Below, piece by piece: positions 38,358-46,892 of a DNA stretch of 64,000 nucleotides. The stretch is from Hyalangium minutum (GTDB taxonomy: Bacteria; Myxococcota; Myxococcia; Myxococcales; Myxococcaceae): positions 434,001 through 498,000 of the forward strand of contig NZ_JMCB01000001.1 of the NCBI RefSeq assembly GCF_000737315.1, in the 5' to 3' direction. The translations under genes and the position numbers were made by a program. The notes below the pieces were generated by a model, which worked only from the letters and a program-made list of their open reading frames with translations, was not told where the DNA came from and searched no databases. Each line of letters starts with the position of its first letter. The stretch's first letter is position 1.

Positions 38358-39017
38358 ATGCTCCGCCGCCCGCCCTCTTCCGCGCGTGCCACATGGACGC
38401 TTCAGAGGCTCATAGCGATGAGCCTTATCATCCTCCTCGTCTCATGTAGCACTCCCTCGCATGTAGGGACTGGCCCGTCAGTCCCACAAGATCTGTCCAG
38501 GTACGCTCTGGTCATCGAAGAGACGGCAGATGGGCAGGTGATCCATTCCTGGGTCCCCGCCAGCAACTTCGACCTGTCGCGGTATGCGTACCACCCTCGT
38601 GCTGGAGGTGCCGAGCGAAGGATCGTCCACGCATCCTTCAGCCGAGACTGCGAGGAAGAGCGCGCTCAATGTGAAGAGATGTGCAAGGCGAGTCTCAAAG
38701 GCCGCAATTGGTCTCATGCAAGCGCGGGCTCAAAGGCAGAGATATGCCGCAGGCGGTGCAGGCCTGCCTATCTGGATTGCAGCCGGCTTCGTGAGCAAGC
38801 CGATGCTGTGAAGTTCCCAGTCACTGCCAAAGCAGTGGATTGGCTCAAGCGGCATCGCGAGGAGATCTTGCTGGGGACGGTTATCGTCATCGCAGGGGTA
38901 GCCTTCACCGTGGTCATCGTTGGCAGCGCAGGCACTGCCCTGGTTCTTATGCCGGCCGTGCTTCTCGTCTCCTCCGAGGTTCCTCCCATGCCCTACGCCG
39001 TAGAGGAAGAGCCGTGA
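38358..39017 (+). CDS. Lipoprotein with Cys-rich core and hydrophobic C-terminal helices; candidate toxin
   Basis: Lipobox LVSC; CEEERAQCEEMC...C...C...C; C-terminal hydrophobic stretch ILLGTVIVIAGVAFTVVIVGSAGTALVLMPAVLLV. Confidence 0.7.
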   Translation: MLRRPPSSARATWTLQRLIAMSLIILLVSCSTPSHVGTGPSVPQDLSRYALVIEETADGQVIHSWVPASNFDLSRYAYHPRAGGAERRIVHASFSRDCEEERAQCEEMCKASLKGRNWSHASAGSKAEICRRRCRPAYLDCSRLREQADAVKFPVTAKAVDWLKRHREEILLGTVIVIAGVAFTVVIVGSAGTALVLMPAVLLVSSEVPPMPYAVEEEP

Positions 39018-39787
39018 CGACACTCTCTGATCTGGCGGATGCTCATGAATTCATCGGAATCCGGTGGAGCAGCGGCCCTTCACCCGATGAAAAGCGGACC
39101 CTCGAGCTGGCGCGAGACATCCTGGACTTCATTTTTGCCACTGGGCAGAGCTACCGCTTCGAGGATTTTTCGCATCATCTCCAGGAGGGCGTTGAATCTC
39201 CCCCGCAGGGCCTGACAGGATTGAGTCTCCGCTTGAAGAGCGCAGAGCGTTTTTTCGAGAGACTCCTCCAGCCACCACCAACCGCTGGCGAGGCCGCTCG
39301 AATCCATGCCATCCTTGAAGCCATCCGCTTCGTTGCTACAACCAACCAGTACGAAGCCTTGGATGTGTACTTGAAGCATGTGGAGTCCCATGGCCCCCCT
39401 TTCGTAGTGGCCTCTTTCGAGACGCCAGGTGAGGCAGAGTCCTGGCTCCAAAACCACCCGCATCCACCCGATCCCGCCAGGATTTTGATTGGGGATCGCT
39501 CTCACGACGTGGTTCATGATCGGGAGACGAACATCCGCCGTCTGCCACGGAACCGCGACATCCATGACTATCTCGCGGAGCTCAAGCAGGTGGAGCCGCC
39601 CGTGGCCATCGCATCCTTCGCCACACGTGAGGAGGCAACAGCCTGGCTCTGGGAGCAGCCTGAGCCCGCCACGCACGCGTGGGTGGCCATCGCAGGCGAC
39701 CTCTATCTCGCGGCGTATTACCCCAACATCGGCCATCGAGCCCTCTACCCACTCTCCATGATCGCGGACGCTGACGCCTCGGCGTAA
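39014..39787 (+). CDS. Cytoplasmic partner protein with internal repeats; candidate immunity protein
   Basis: GTG start overlaps the upstream TGA (GTGA); duplicated motifs PxVVASFxTxxEAxxWLxxxPxP and L..A.....FI..TxQ...F/L. Confidence 0.7.
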   Translation: MTTLSDLADAHEFIGIRWSSGPSPDEKRTLELARDILDFIFATGQSYRFEDFSHHLQEGVESPPQGLTGLSLRLKSAERFFERLLQPPPTAGEAARIHAILEAIRFVATTNQYEALDVYLKHVESHGPPFVVASFETPGEAESWLQNHPHPPDPARILIGDRSHDVVHDRETNIRRLPRNRDIHDYLAELKQVEPPVAIASFATREEATAWLWEQPEPATHAWVAIAGDLYLAAYYPNIGHRALYPLSMIADADASA

Positions 39788-39830
39788 GAGCCAGAGGCTT
39801 CAGCTCTTAGGGTTTTGCTTCCGCCTTGCT

Positions 39831-39855
39831 GTGGGTTCGATTCCCGCCGCCTCCA
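39831..39855 (+). mobile_element. att-like site resembling the tmRNA 3' end, copy 2
   Basis: GTGGGTTCGATTCCCGCCGCCTCCA: T-stem GTGGG/CCCGC, TTCGATT loop, acceptor strand CGCCTCC with U70 and A73 as in Ala-charged tmRNA; no tmRNA body upstream. Confidence 0.7.
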
Positions 39856-39867
39856 AAAGCTCCATGG

Positions 39868-39945
39868 CTACAAGACGAGGAAGGGATCGCTGATCTTGAC
39901 CACCGTGTTGGAACCCGTCAGCACGTAGCGAAACTCGTAGGTACC
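39868..39945 (-). pseudogene. Orphan gene 3' tail (Ig-like beta-strand ending)
   Basis: GTYEFRYVLTGSNTVVKISDPFLVL* ends 12 nt from the att-like site; no intact 5' part. Confidence 0.4.
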
Positions 39946-40045
39946 GCGACATCCTGGACCGGATGTTCCGAGCCCATCGCCTCATCGACTGACCGGCTGG
40001 CATCGCCGCTGGCCCGGGCATGAGCCAGTCACAGCGCGACCTGCT

Positions 40046-40189
40046 GCAGACTTCCGAATGATTCGGAACTGGCCAACGGCGTGTCGCCCCTGCCCGTAGG
40101 GCCGAGAGCGCAGACTTCCGAATGATTCGGAACTGGCCATCAGGCCCGAGAACCGGGGGCACCGTCCGCGTTCGCGGAATGCGCCTGTC
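40046..40189 (+). repeat. 144-bp triple-dyad module, copy B
   Basis: Two GCAGAC-TTCCGAA-TGA-TTCGGAA-CTGGCCA units 64 bp apart plus TCCGCG-TT-CGCGGA. Confidence 0.9.
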
Positions 40190-40249
40190 GGGTGTGAGAG
40201 GCCCCACCCTCGTCGATTCAATGCTTTACACAGCCTGAATCCGTGAGTC

Positions 40250-40287
40250 ACAGCCCCGCGTTCCTCAAGACAGGGACGCGGGGCTGT
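40250..40287 (-). terminator. Hairpin downstream of the GH19 lysin gene
   Basis: ACAGCCCCGCGTTCCT-CAAGAC-AGGGACGCGGGGCTGT, 16-bp stem. Confidence 0.6.
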
Positions 40288-40334
40288 TGTTCTCCAGGGT
40301 GGCAGCCCCTCACGGGGCAGCAACACAACGAGGA

Positions 40335-42332
40335 CTACGCGCCGAGCACCCCGAGGGCCCGCTGGTAGTACGCGTCACGCGACGCCTTGCCGTTGTACCC
40401 GCCGTTCACCCGGTAGGTGATGGCGTCGAAGTTCCCCTGGTCCGCGTACGAGTTCAGGTTGCGGCTGTTCCAGAACCACGCCGCCGTCCGGAAGCCCACG
40501 TCCGGATCCGCCGCGCGCGTCGGGTTGTTCTCCAAATCAATACCCAGCGCCTGGCCCGCCGCACGGTAGTTGGAGCGGCCCGTCAGCTGGATCGGCCCGC
40601 GGCCCTTGAAGCGCACGCCGTCGCCCGGCTGCGTGTTGCCCAGGTCCGTGCGGCCCTCGTAGGCCGCGCCCGAGGCGATCTCCTCCATGTACCGGAACTC
40701 GCCGCTCTCGTGCGCCAGCTGCGCCAGGAACGCCGCCTGCCGCTTCGGCGTGTTGATGCCCGCCTCCGCCATCGCCGCGTTCAGGTGCGGCAACATCTGC
40801 TGCGCCCGCGCCTCGCTCAGGTTCGGCATGATCTGCCGCAGCTGCTGCATGCTCACCCCGCCCGTCGTGGGCGCCGGGGTGCTCGGCCCCGTCACAGGGC
40901 CCGGGCCCGTGGGAGCCGGGCTGCCGCCCCCACCCGCCCGCTTCGTCAGCGCCTCGCGCGTCATCGGCCCGTAGTAGCCGGTGCTCGGCACGCCGCTGTC
41001 CGCCTGGAAGCGCTTGAGCGACGCCTCCGTCTGCGGCCCGAAGATGCCCGGGCCCGTGTCCATCTGGGCCTGCGTCATGTACCCCATGTTCACCAACGCC
41101 GACTGGAGCTGACGCACCTCCTCGCCCTGGGTGCCCCGCTGCAGGTCGCTCTGCGGGACGCTGAAGCTCGGGGCCGCCGCCCGCTTCGTCAGCGCCTCGC
41201 GCGTCATCGGCCCGTAGTAGCCGGTGCTCGGCACGCCGCTGTCCGTCTGGAAGCGCTTGAGCGACGCCTCCGTCTGCGGCCCGAAGGTGCCCGGCCCGGT
41301 GTCCATCTGCGCCTGCGTCATGTACCCCATGTTCACCAGCGCCGACTGGAGCTGACGCACTCCCTCGCCCTGGTTGCCCCGCTGCAGATCGCTCTGCGGA
41401 ACCGGGAACCGCGACCCCCTGGACGGAGCAGGCTGGCTCGGGGTCGGAGTGGACGGCGCCGGCTGGCTCGGGGCCGGCTGCGAGGGGCTCTGCGTCGCCG
41501 TGCCACGATCGTTCACGAAGTACTGCACGTTCGCGTTCCCGAACGAGTCGCGCACGTGGCCATCATTGAAGTTGCGCGCACCCGCCTGGGCGATCGCCGG
41601 GCCATTGCCGTTGGCCTCACCGGGGCGCACCACCGCGATGTGGCCGATGCCACCCGGATTGTTCCAGCTCGCCACCGTGGGGTGGCCCGAGTTGGCCAGC
41701 CGCTGAGCCTCCTCGGCGCTCACCTGGCGCCAGCCGTTCGCCGGGCCATGGGTGTTCAGCCACCGGTTCACGCCGTTGGCGTCCAGCTCGCGACCCTGGC
41801 CCACGCCCGTGGGGTTGCCCGCGCCGTCCACCCAGTGCGGGATCTCCGCGCCCATCGCCTTCGTCACGTCCCACGCGAAGATGTTGCAGTAGGTGTTGCC
41901 CTCGCGCGGCGCATAGCGCGGGTTGTTCCCCACCGCGAACTGATCAATCACGTCCGCGTAGGTGGCCGCGTTGCGGTTGGACGGGCTGCCCTGCAGCGGC
42001 GCGTTCGCGGGGATCCACGCCCGCGTATCCGTGGTGCCCGGCGCCGCGCGCGTGCCGTCATATTGCCCGCTGGCCGGAGACGGAACGGCCCCCTGCACCG
42101 CCGCCGCCGACGCCTGGGCCGGCTGCGCCTGGAAGCCATCGCCCGCCTGCGGACCCGACCCGGGCCTCGGCTGCGCGTCGAACCCGTCCGGGATCGTCAG
42201 CTGACGCCCCGTGACAATCAGGTTCGGGTTCTGGATGTTGTTCGCCTTGGCGATCGCGTCGACCGTCGAGTTGTAGCGACGCGCAATGCTGCTCAGGGAC
42301 TCGCCCGAGCTGATCGTGTGGATGGAGGACAT
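40335..42332 (-). CDS. Multidomain peptidoglycan hydrolase: LysM, CHAP/NlpC-like, 2x PG-binding, GH19
   Basis: N-terminal HTISSGESLSSIARRYNSTVDAIAKANNIQNPNLI (LysM); TYCN...GHIAVV; two LQRG.QGE.VRQLQSAL...FGPQTEASLKRFQ repeats at 243-bp period; AFLAQLAHESG and FKGRGPIQLTGRSNY (GH19). Confidence 0.9.
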   Translation of the reverse strand: MSSIHTISSGESLSSIARRYNSTVDAIAKANNIQNPNLIVTGRQLTIPDGFDAQPRPGSGPQAGDGFQAQPAQASAAAVQGAVPSPASGQYDGTRAAPGTTDTRAWIPANAPLQGSPSNRNAATYADVIDQFAVGNNPRYAPREGNTYCNIFAWDVTKAMGAEIPHWVDGAGNPTGVGQGRELDANGVNRWLNTHGPANGWRQVSAEEAQRLANSGHPTVASWNNPGGIGHIAVVRPGEANGNGPAIAQAGARNFNDGHVRDSFGNANVQYFVNDRGTATQSPSQPAPSQPAPSTPTPSQPAPSRGSRFPVPQSDLQRGNQGEGVRQLQSALVNMGYMTQAQMDTGPGTFGPQTEASLKRFQTDSGVPSTGYYGPMTREALTKRAAAPSFSVPQSDLQRGTQGEEVRQLQSALVNMGYMTQAQMDTGPGIFGPQTEASLKRFQADSGVPSTGYYGPMTREALTKRAGGGGSPAPTGPGPVTGPSTPAPTTGGVSMQQLRQIMPNLSEARAQQMLPHLNAAMAEAGINTPKRQAAFLAQLAHESGEFRYMEEIASGAAYEGRTDLGNTQPGDGVRFKGRGPIQLTGRSNYRAAGQALGIDLENNPTRAADPDVGFRTAAWFWNSRNLNSYADQGNFDAITYRVNGGYNGKASRDAYYQRALGVLGA

Positions 42333-42419
42333 GGGGGGGCTCCGCAATAACCAATCCGTTCGAAGGTTATTGTCGTACACACCCGCACAAAGTTTCGTCC
42401 GCTGAGAATTCGCAGGAAA

Positions 42420-42875
42420 TCAGGGCGCTTTCGGGCTCTCAGGCGGCGAGAGCGTCCCCTCGGGCGCCGGGGCCTCCAGGCCCATCCATAGCCGGGCCTC
42501 TGCGAGCACCTTGTTCGCCTCCTCGAGCGTGCCGACGTTCACCGTCACGTCTTCGCCCTGGGAGTGCTCGCGGGCCAGCCGCGCCATCTGCATCTTCACC
42601 ACCGTGGCCGAAGTGAGGTGGGCACAGCACGTCACCCCCCGCTTGCGTCCCTCGCCGATGGCATCGCCCAGCAGCTTCGACACATCGAGGCTGGAGATCT
42701 GCAGCTCGCGCAGGTCCGCCAGCACCACGTGGGGCTTGCCGCCATAGCTCGCCGTCGCCTCGAGGTAGAGCCGGATGAAGTCCTTCATCTCGCTCTCTTC
42801 GAAGAACCCCGCCATGCGCAGATAGAGGGTCCGCTCCGAAGGTTCGTTCTTCACGCTGTACTGAGCGGAGCCCAT
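42420..42875 (-). CDS. Small hypothetical protein (STAS/SEC14-like alpha/beta fold possible)
   Basis: Protein-like ORF with VVLADLREL segment; ATG 42875. Confidence 0.6.
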   Translation of the reverse strand: MGSAQYSVKNEPSERTLYLRMAGFFEESEMKDFIRLYLEATASYGGKPHVVLADLRELQISSLDVSKLLGDAIGEGRKRGVTCCAHLTSATVVKMQMARLAREHSQGEDVTVNVGTLEEANKVLAEARLWMGLEAPAPEGTLSPPESPKAP

Positions 42876-43044
42876 GGCTCTCCCTCTGAAACTCGATGTC
42901 ACACTGCTGGAGATCCCGACAATCCCAGCGCTCAGCATACCGGGGAGGCCCCTCTCTGAGTCATGGAGAGAAGCTGTTTCAGAGGGGTGCTCAGTTTCAC
43001 GCTTCTACAATGTTGCACTGGTGTCATATCCCGAGCCGCGCCGT

Positions 43045-45186
43045 TCACCTGCGACAAGTGGGTGTGTACCGGCACGCAACCACGGAGGGCTGCTCGACGG
43101 GAAAACCTGCCTGGATGGACCAGGCCAGCCGGATGAACTGGGCATGGGACCACGTCAGCGGCGTGGCCGAGAGGGTCCCCTCCCCTGTCTCGAAGCCGGG
43201 CTGACCCGAGGGAGGCCGCCCGTCCCAGACCTGTTCCGGCAGCAGGTATCCGTCATTGCCCGAGCGCGCCATCGCCGCGAGCCACGGCTCCGCAGGCTGC
43301 CCTACGGTGAGTGCGTACTCGCCCCGCTCGCCCGCGAAGATCGGCCAGGCCCTCCCCAGCGTCCGCCCCGTGTCCGGCTCGCTGATGTCCCAGGGTTCAC
43401 CCTCGGGCGTCTCGCCGTAGCCGTCGGAGTCGTAGCGGCGCCAGTAGGTGCCGTTCGGCGTATCCACCCGGAGCTGGGCATCGACGACCGCCAGGGACTG
43501 GGCGATGAGCGGCTCCCCCGCAGGCTTCACCCCCAGGCGCACGAGCTCCAGGAAGCTCGAGTCCACCACCCGGCGCTGGTCCATGGCGGACGGGCCTCCA
43601 TCGCCCAGCGAGTAGGCCGTCCCCGCGTTGGGGTTCCCGTCCTTCGTGAGCCGCAGGTAATACGGGTGCGATGCCAGTGGCCCATGGGTGGTGACGGTCC
43701 ACGCCTCCACCTGCCGCTGCCACGCGTCCGCGGTGGCCTCGTAGCGCTCCGCGGAGGCCGTGTCCCCATTGCGACGCGCGAGGTCCGCGGCGCAGATGAG
43801 CCCGGCGATCTCGGCCGCGATCGTGCCCGGCGAGTACCCGCTCTGGTTCTCCCAGCGGTCCTGTGGCGTCACCGGGCCATGAGCAAGGAGGAAGTCCGCC
43901 GCCTTCTGGACATGGCCGGTGTACGTCTCCCGGTCGGCTCGGCCGAGCTGCCATGCCAGGACGATGGGCAGCGCCACCTCATCGAGCTGGAGGTTGCTCC
44001 AGTGCGGCGTGCCGTCCACCGTGGCGTTCTGTGGGAACGAGCCATCTGACCGCTGCTGAACCTGGAAGAGGTGGTCCAGCGCCCGCTCCGCCGCGGCCCG
44101 ATCGCCCAGGGCCAGCAGCGCGGTGGCGATCTGGTACAGGTCTCTCGACCACACGAGGTGGTAGGCCCCCGAGGGCTTCTCCAGCTCGCCGAGCCCCCAG
44201 GCCCACGGCATGCTCGGCGAGGCGATGAACGCGCCCGGGTTCGCCTTGTCCTCCGAGGCAGCCAGGACCATGGCCGAGACGTCATAGGTGACCTGCCACG
44301 GCTGGGCGCTCGCCGGAGCAGGAGGCAAGGAGTCCAGCCACCCATGCCAGCCCTCCATGTAGCGCTGCGCAACCTGCTCGAAGCCGGGCCGCAGTGAGCC
44401 GCGAGCCGCTCCGAGGGCCTCCGTGAGCGTGGCGCCAAAGCCGAGCGCGATCGTCACGTGCCCCATGGTGCCGGGCGCCCCCACCGGCAGCTTCGCCGTC
44501 TGCACCACGTTGCCATCCGGCGCCGAGCGGTAGGTCCAGTCCATGGCGTGGTCCTGGTGCAGGTCGGCCCAGCCATCGCTCGCGCCCAGGTAGCCGTTGG
44601 AGGTCCTCTCGAACGGCGGCTGCGAGATCAGCGCGCTGGCGGTGGCTCCATCCCACGCGAGCAGCACATCCCCTTCGGTGCGGCCCGAGTCATCCATCCC
44701 GTTGTTGGAGAGGGACGGGTCGTACACGGCATAGACCTCGTAAGGTCTGCGATCGAGTGACTCAAACTGGATGTCCACGAGCAGCGTGTTGCGCTCAGGA
44801 TCGATCGCGTAGGTCTTGGTGAGGCGGTAGCCCCCGGACCGGGCGGTGTTCACCTGCCGGTAGACCAGACTCCGTGGGTCGACGAGCTCGACGTGGTGCT
44901 CGGTGGCCTCGGACTCGAACTCGGTGACGGAGTGGCCAGAGACGACGATGAAGCGCAGCCCTCGCACGCTGGGGGTGCCCAGGTCCGGGTAATAAACCTC
45001 GGTCAGGTCCCCCGAGCCGAGCGTGTACCAGACCCAGCTCTCCGCACTGCGCGCGGTGCCAAAGCCGTCCTTGTTCGCAGGCGTCCACAGCGCGGGGGCG
45101 CCGGGCTGCCCGGGAGCACGCCCTCCCGCACAGCCGCACAGCCCGAGGACCACGCCCCAGAGCGCAAGCCGAATGGAGAACGTCAT
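43045..45186 (-). CDS. Glucodextranase/glucoamylase GH15 lipoprotein
   Basis: Lipobox LCGC; KDGFGTA..VWYT..EVYYP glucodextranase N-domain; YHLVWSRDLY, QLDEVA, WENQSG, LPEQVWD, ATPLTWSHAQF. Confidence 0.92.
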   Translation of the reverse strand: MTFSIRLALWGVVLGLCGCAGGRAPGQPGAPALWTPANKDGFGTARSAESWVWYTLGSGDLTEVYYPDLGTPSVRGLRFIVVSGHSVTEFESEATEHHVELVDPRSLVYRQVNTARSGGYRLTKTYAIDPERNTLLVDIQFESLDRRPYEVYAVYDPSLSNNGMDDSGRTEGDVLLAWDGATASALISQPPFERTSNGYLGASDGWADLHQDHAMDWTYRSAPDGNVVQTAKLPVGAPGTMGHVTIALGFGATLTEALGAARGSLRPGFEQVAQRYMEGWHGWLDSLPPAPASAQPWQVTYDVSAMVLAASEDKANPGAFIASPSMPWAWGLGELEKPSGAYHLVWSRDLYQIATALLALGDRAAAERALDHLFQVQQRSDGSFPQNATVDGTPHWSNLQLDEVALPIVLAWQLGRADRETYTGHVQKAADFLLAHGPVTPQDRWENQSGYSPGTIAAEIAGLICAADLARRNGDTASAERYEATADAWQRQVEAWTVTTHGPLASHPYYLRLTKDGNPNAGTAYSLGDGGPSAMDQRRVVDSSFLELVRLGVKPAGEPLIAQSLAVVDAQLRVDTPNGTYWRRYDSDGYGETPEGEPWDISEPDTGRTLGRAWPIFAGERGEYALTVGQPAEPWLAAMARSGNDGYLLPEQVWDGRPPSGQPGFETGEGTLSATPLTWSHAQFIRLAWSIQAGFPVEQPSVVACRYTPTCRR

Positions 45187-45338
45187 ACGCGGTTACCCCC
45201 AGTCACCAAGAAGCCCCATAGAGAAGCCTGGGTGGCTGGGTGGCAAGACGCCCGCGAGCCCTTCTGCAGGTAATGGACAGAGACTGGGTTCCGCGTCGAA
45301 CGTTCGGCGCGACACCTGAGGGCTGACCTCCAGCCCGC

Positions 45339-46682
45339 TCACTCGGGGGCGATCGGCTCCGTCTCCCCGCGCAGCGAGCGGAGCTTGAGCCGGTTGGCGT
45401 AGACGCCCGGGGCATGCCCCACGGTGTTCCACCCGCGCCCCAGCGAGGTGCTCGCGAGCGTGAAGATCAGCTGCGCGGGCGCAGAGTCCTCCTTGCCCGT
45501 CCGGTGGAACTCGATGGCGTTCTGGGGCAGCCCCCAGCCAGCCGTGGGAGACAGCTCCGTGCTGGCCTGGGCGACCCAGTCCGTCACCTCCAGGCTGCAT
45601 GCCGGGCCCTTCGCGTCATGGAGCGTGACCACGAGCGGGCCCTCCACCTTCCCCTCCAAGAGAGATGTGAAGGGCCCCTTCTCACCCGTGCTCGCCTCCA
45701 CGACGCGCAGCGTGTTGTCTCCGGTCAGGTAGGCCGCCCGCTCGGGCAACCCCGTTGGGTATTCCGAGGGGAGGATCTCCACCGCCTTGCCCGGCACCGC
45801 CGAGAACTCCAGCTTCAGCCCCGGCTGCCCCTCGAGCTCCACCCGCAGGTACGTGTTGAGGTGCGAGAAGACGGAGTTCTTGAGCAACGTGAAGGCGTCG
45901 ATGTCGAGGGACTCTCCCGTATCGAAGACGCCGAGCACGGAGGTGCCGTCATCCCGGTACACCAGCTCGATGCTCCGCTGCGCCCCCTTGAGCCCGATGA
46001 GCCGGCGCTGCACCGCGTTCGTCTGCGCGGGCGCCAGGCTGCTCCAAGAGCGATCCGGTGAGCGGCTGATGAAGGTCAGCAGCGGCTCCAGGCGCAGCTT
46101 CAGCCCGCCACACTCCATCGAGACAGCGGCCTCGTTGGAAGAGACGCTCACCCGCCCATCCGGGCTCTGCCAGTGGACGGCGCCAGCTCCCCAGCCACTC
46201 TCCACGCGGGGCAGCTCCACATTGCTCGGGCGCGTGGATGCCAGCGGCGCGCGCTGCTCCAGCACCCCCACCGCCCCGAGCACGGCCCCCGAGAGCACCA
46301 GCCCTCCCACCGGGAACCACGCGCGGCGCCAGTCCGGCCACGCCAGGGCTCCAAGCCCCCCCGCCACCACCCCCCCGCCCACCCACGCCAGCGGCAGGCT
46401 CCTCGGAAAGAAGAGGCTCGCCACCACCCCGCCCGCCGCCCAGCACCCGGCCAGTCCCCAGACCAGGGCCGAGGCCTCTCGGGGCCGCCGCAGCAACAGC
46501 CCCACTCCCGCGACGCAGCCCGCCGCGATCAGCGCTGGCACCCCGAGATTGGACCAGAAGCGCAGCTGCCCGGCAGAGAAGCCATGGGGCAACCCCCACA
46601 GCATCATCACGGCGACGAGGCCGTGAAGCACCAGGGCCACCAGCATCAACAAGGAGCGAGGACGCAGTCCGGCAAGAGCCAT
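45339..46682 (-). CDS. Membrane protein with extracytoplasmic beta-rich domain
   Basis: Five or six N-terminal TM helices followed by a soluble domain. Confidence 0.7.
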   Translation of the reverse strand: MALAGLRPRSLLMLVALVLHGLVAVMMLWGLPHGFSAGQLRFWSNLGVPALIAAGCVAGVGLLLRRPREASALVWGLAGCWAAGGVVASLFFPRSLPLAWVGGGVVAGGLGALAWPDWRRAWFPVGGLVLSGAVLGAVGVLEQRAPLASTRPSNVELPRVESGWGAGAVHWQSPDGRVSVSSNEAAVSMECGGLKLRLEPLLTFISRSPDRSWSSLAPAQTNAVQRRLIGLKGAQRSIELVYRDDGTSVLGVFDTGESLDIDAFTLLKNSVFSHLNTYLRVELEGQPGLKLEFSAVPGKAVEILPSEYPTGLPERAAYLTGDNTLRVVEASTGEKGPFTSLLEGKVEGPLVVTLHDAKGPACSLEVTDWVAQASTELSPTAGWGLPQNAIEFHRTGKEDSAPAQLIFTLASTSLGRGWNTVGHAPGVYANRLKLRSLRGETEPIAPE

Positions 46683-46892
46683 CGGGGCAATACTCCGCGA
46701 GGGGCCCATCCCGGTCCAGGAGTCCCCCCCGCCCGGCGCCCTCGGCGGGGGCCGCTTCTCACGGCCCGTGGCGAGACGGGAGCGAAAAAAGATCGATATG
46801 TCTGGGCGGGTACGGCGTTCACAGTCCTCTTGGAGCTCTGAACGCGGGAATCTGGCCGGAGATCCTCACCCCCACGGGAGAATTTTCCTCCT

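Noticed and set aside
38840-39013. 5' extension of the partner ORF given in the ORF track
   Set aside because: Overlaps the lipoprotein gene out of frame; the coupled GTG at 39014 is the better start.
39831-39855. Complete tRNA or tmRNA gene
   Set aside because: Only the T-arm and 3' acceptor strand are present; no D-arm, anticodon arm or tag region, and no CCA.
40335-42332. Prophage lysis cassette
   Set aside because: No holin, spanin, structural or replication phage genes nearby.
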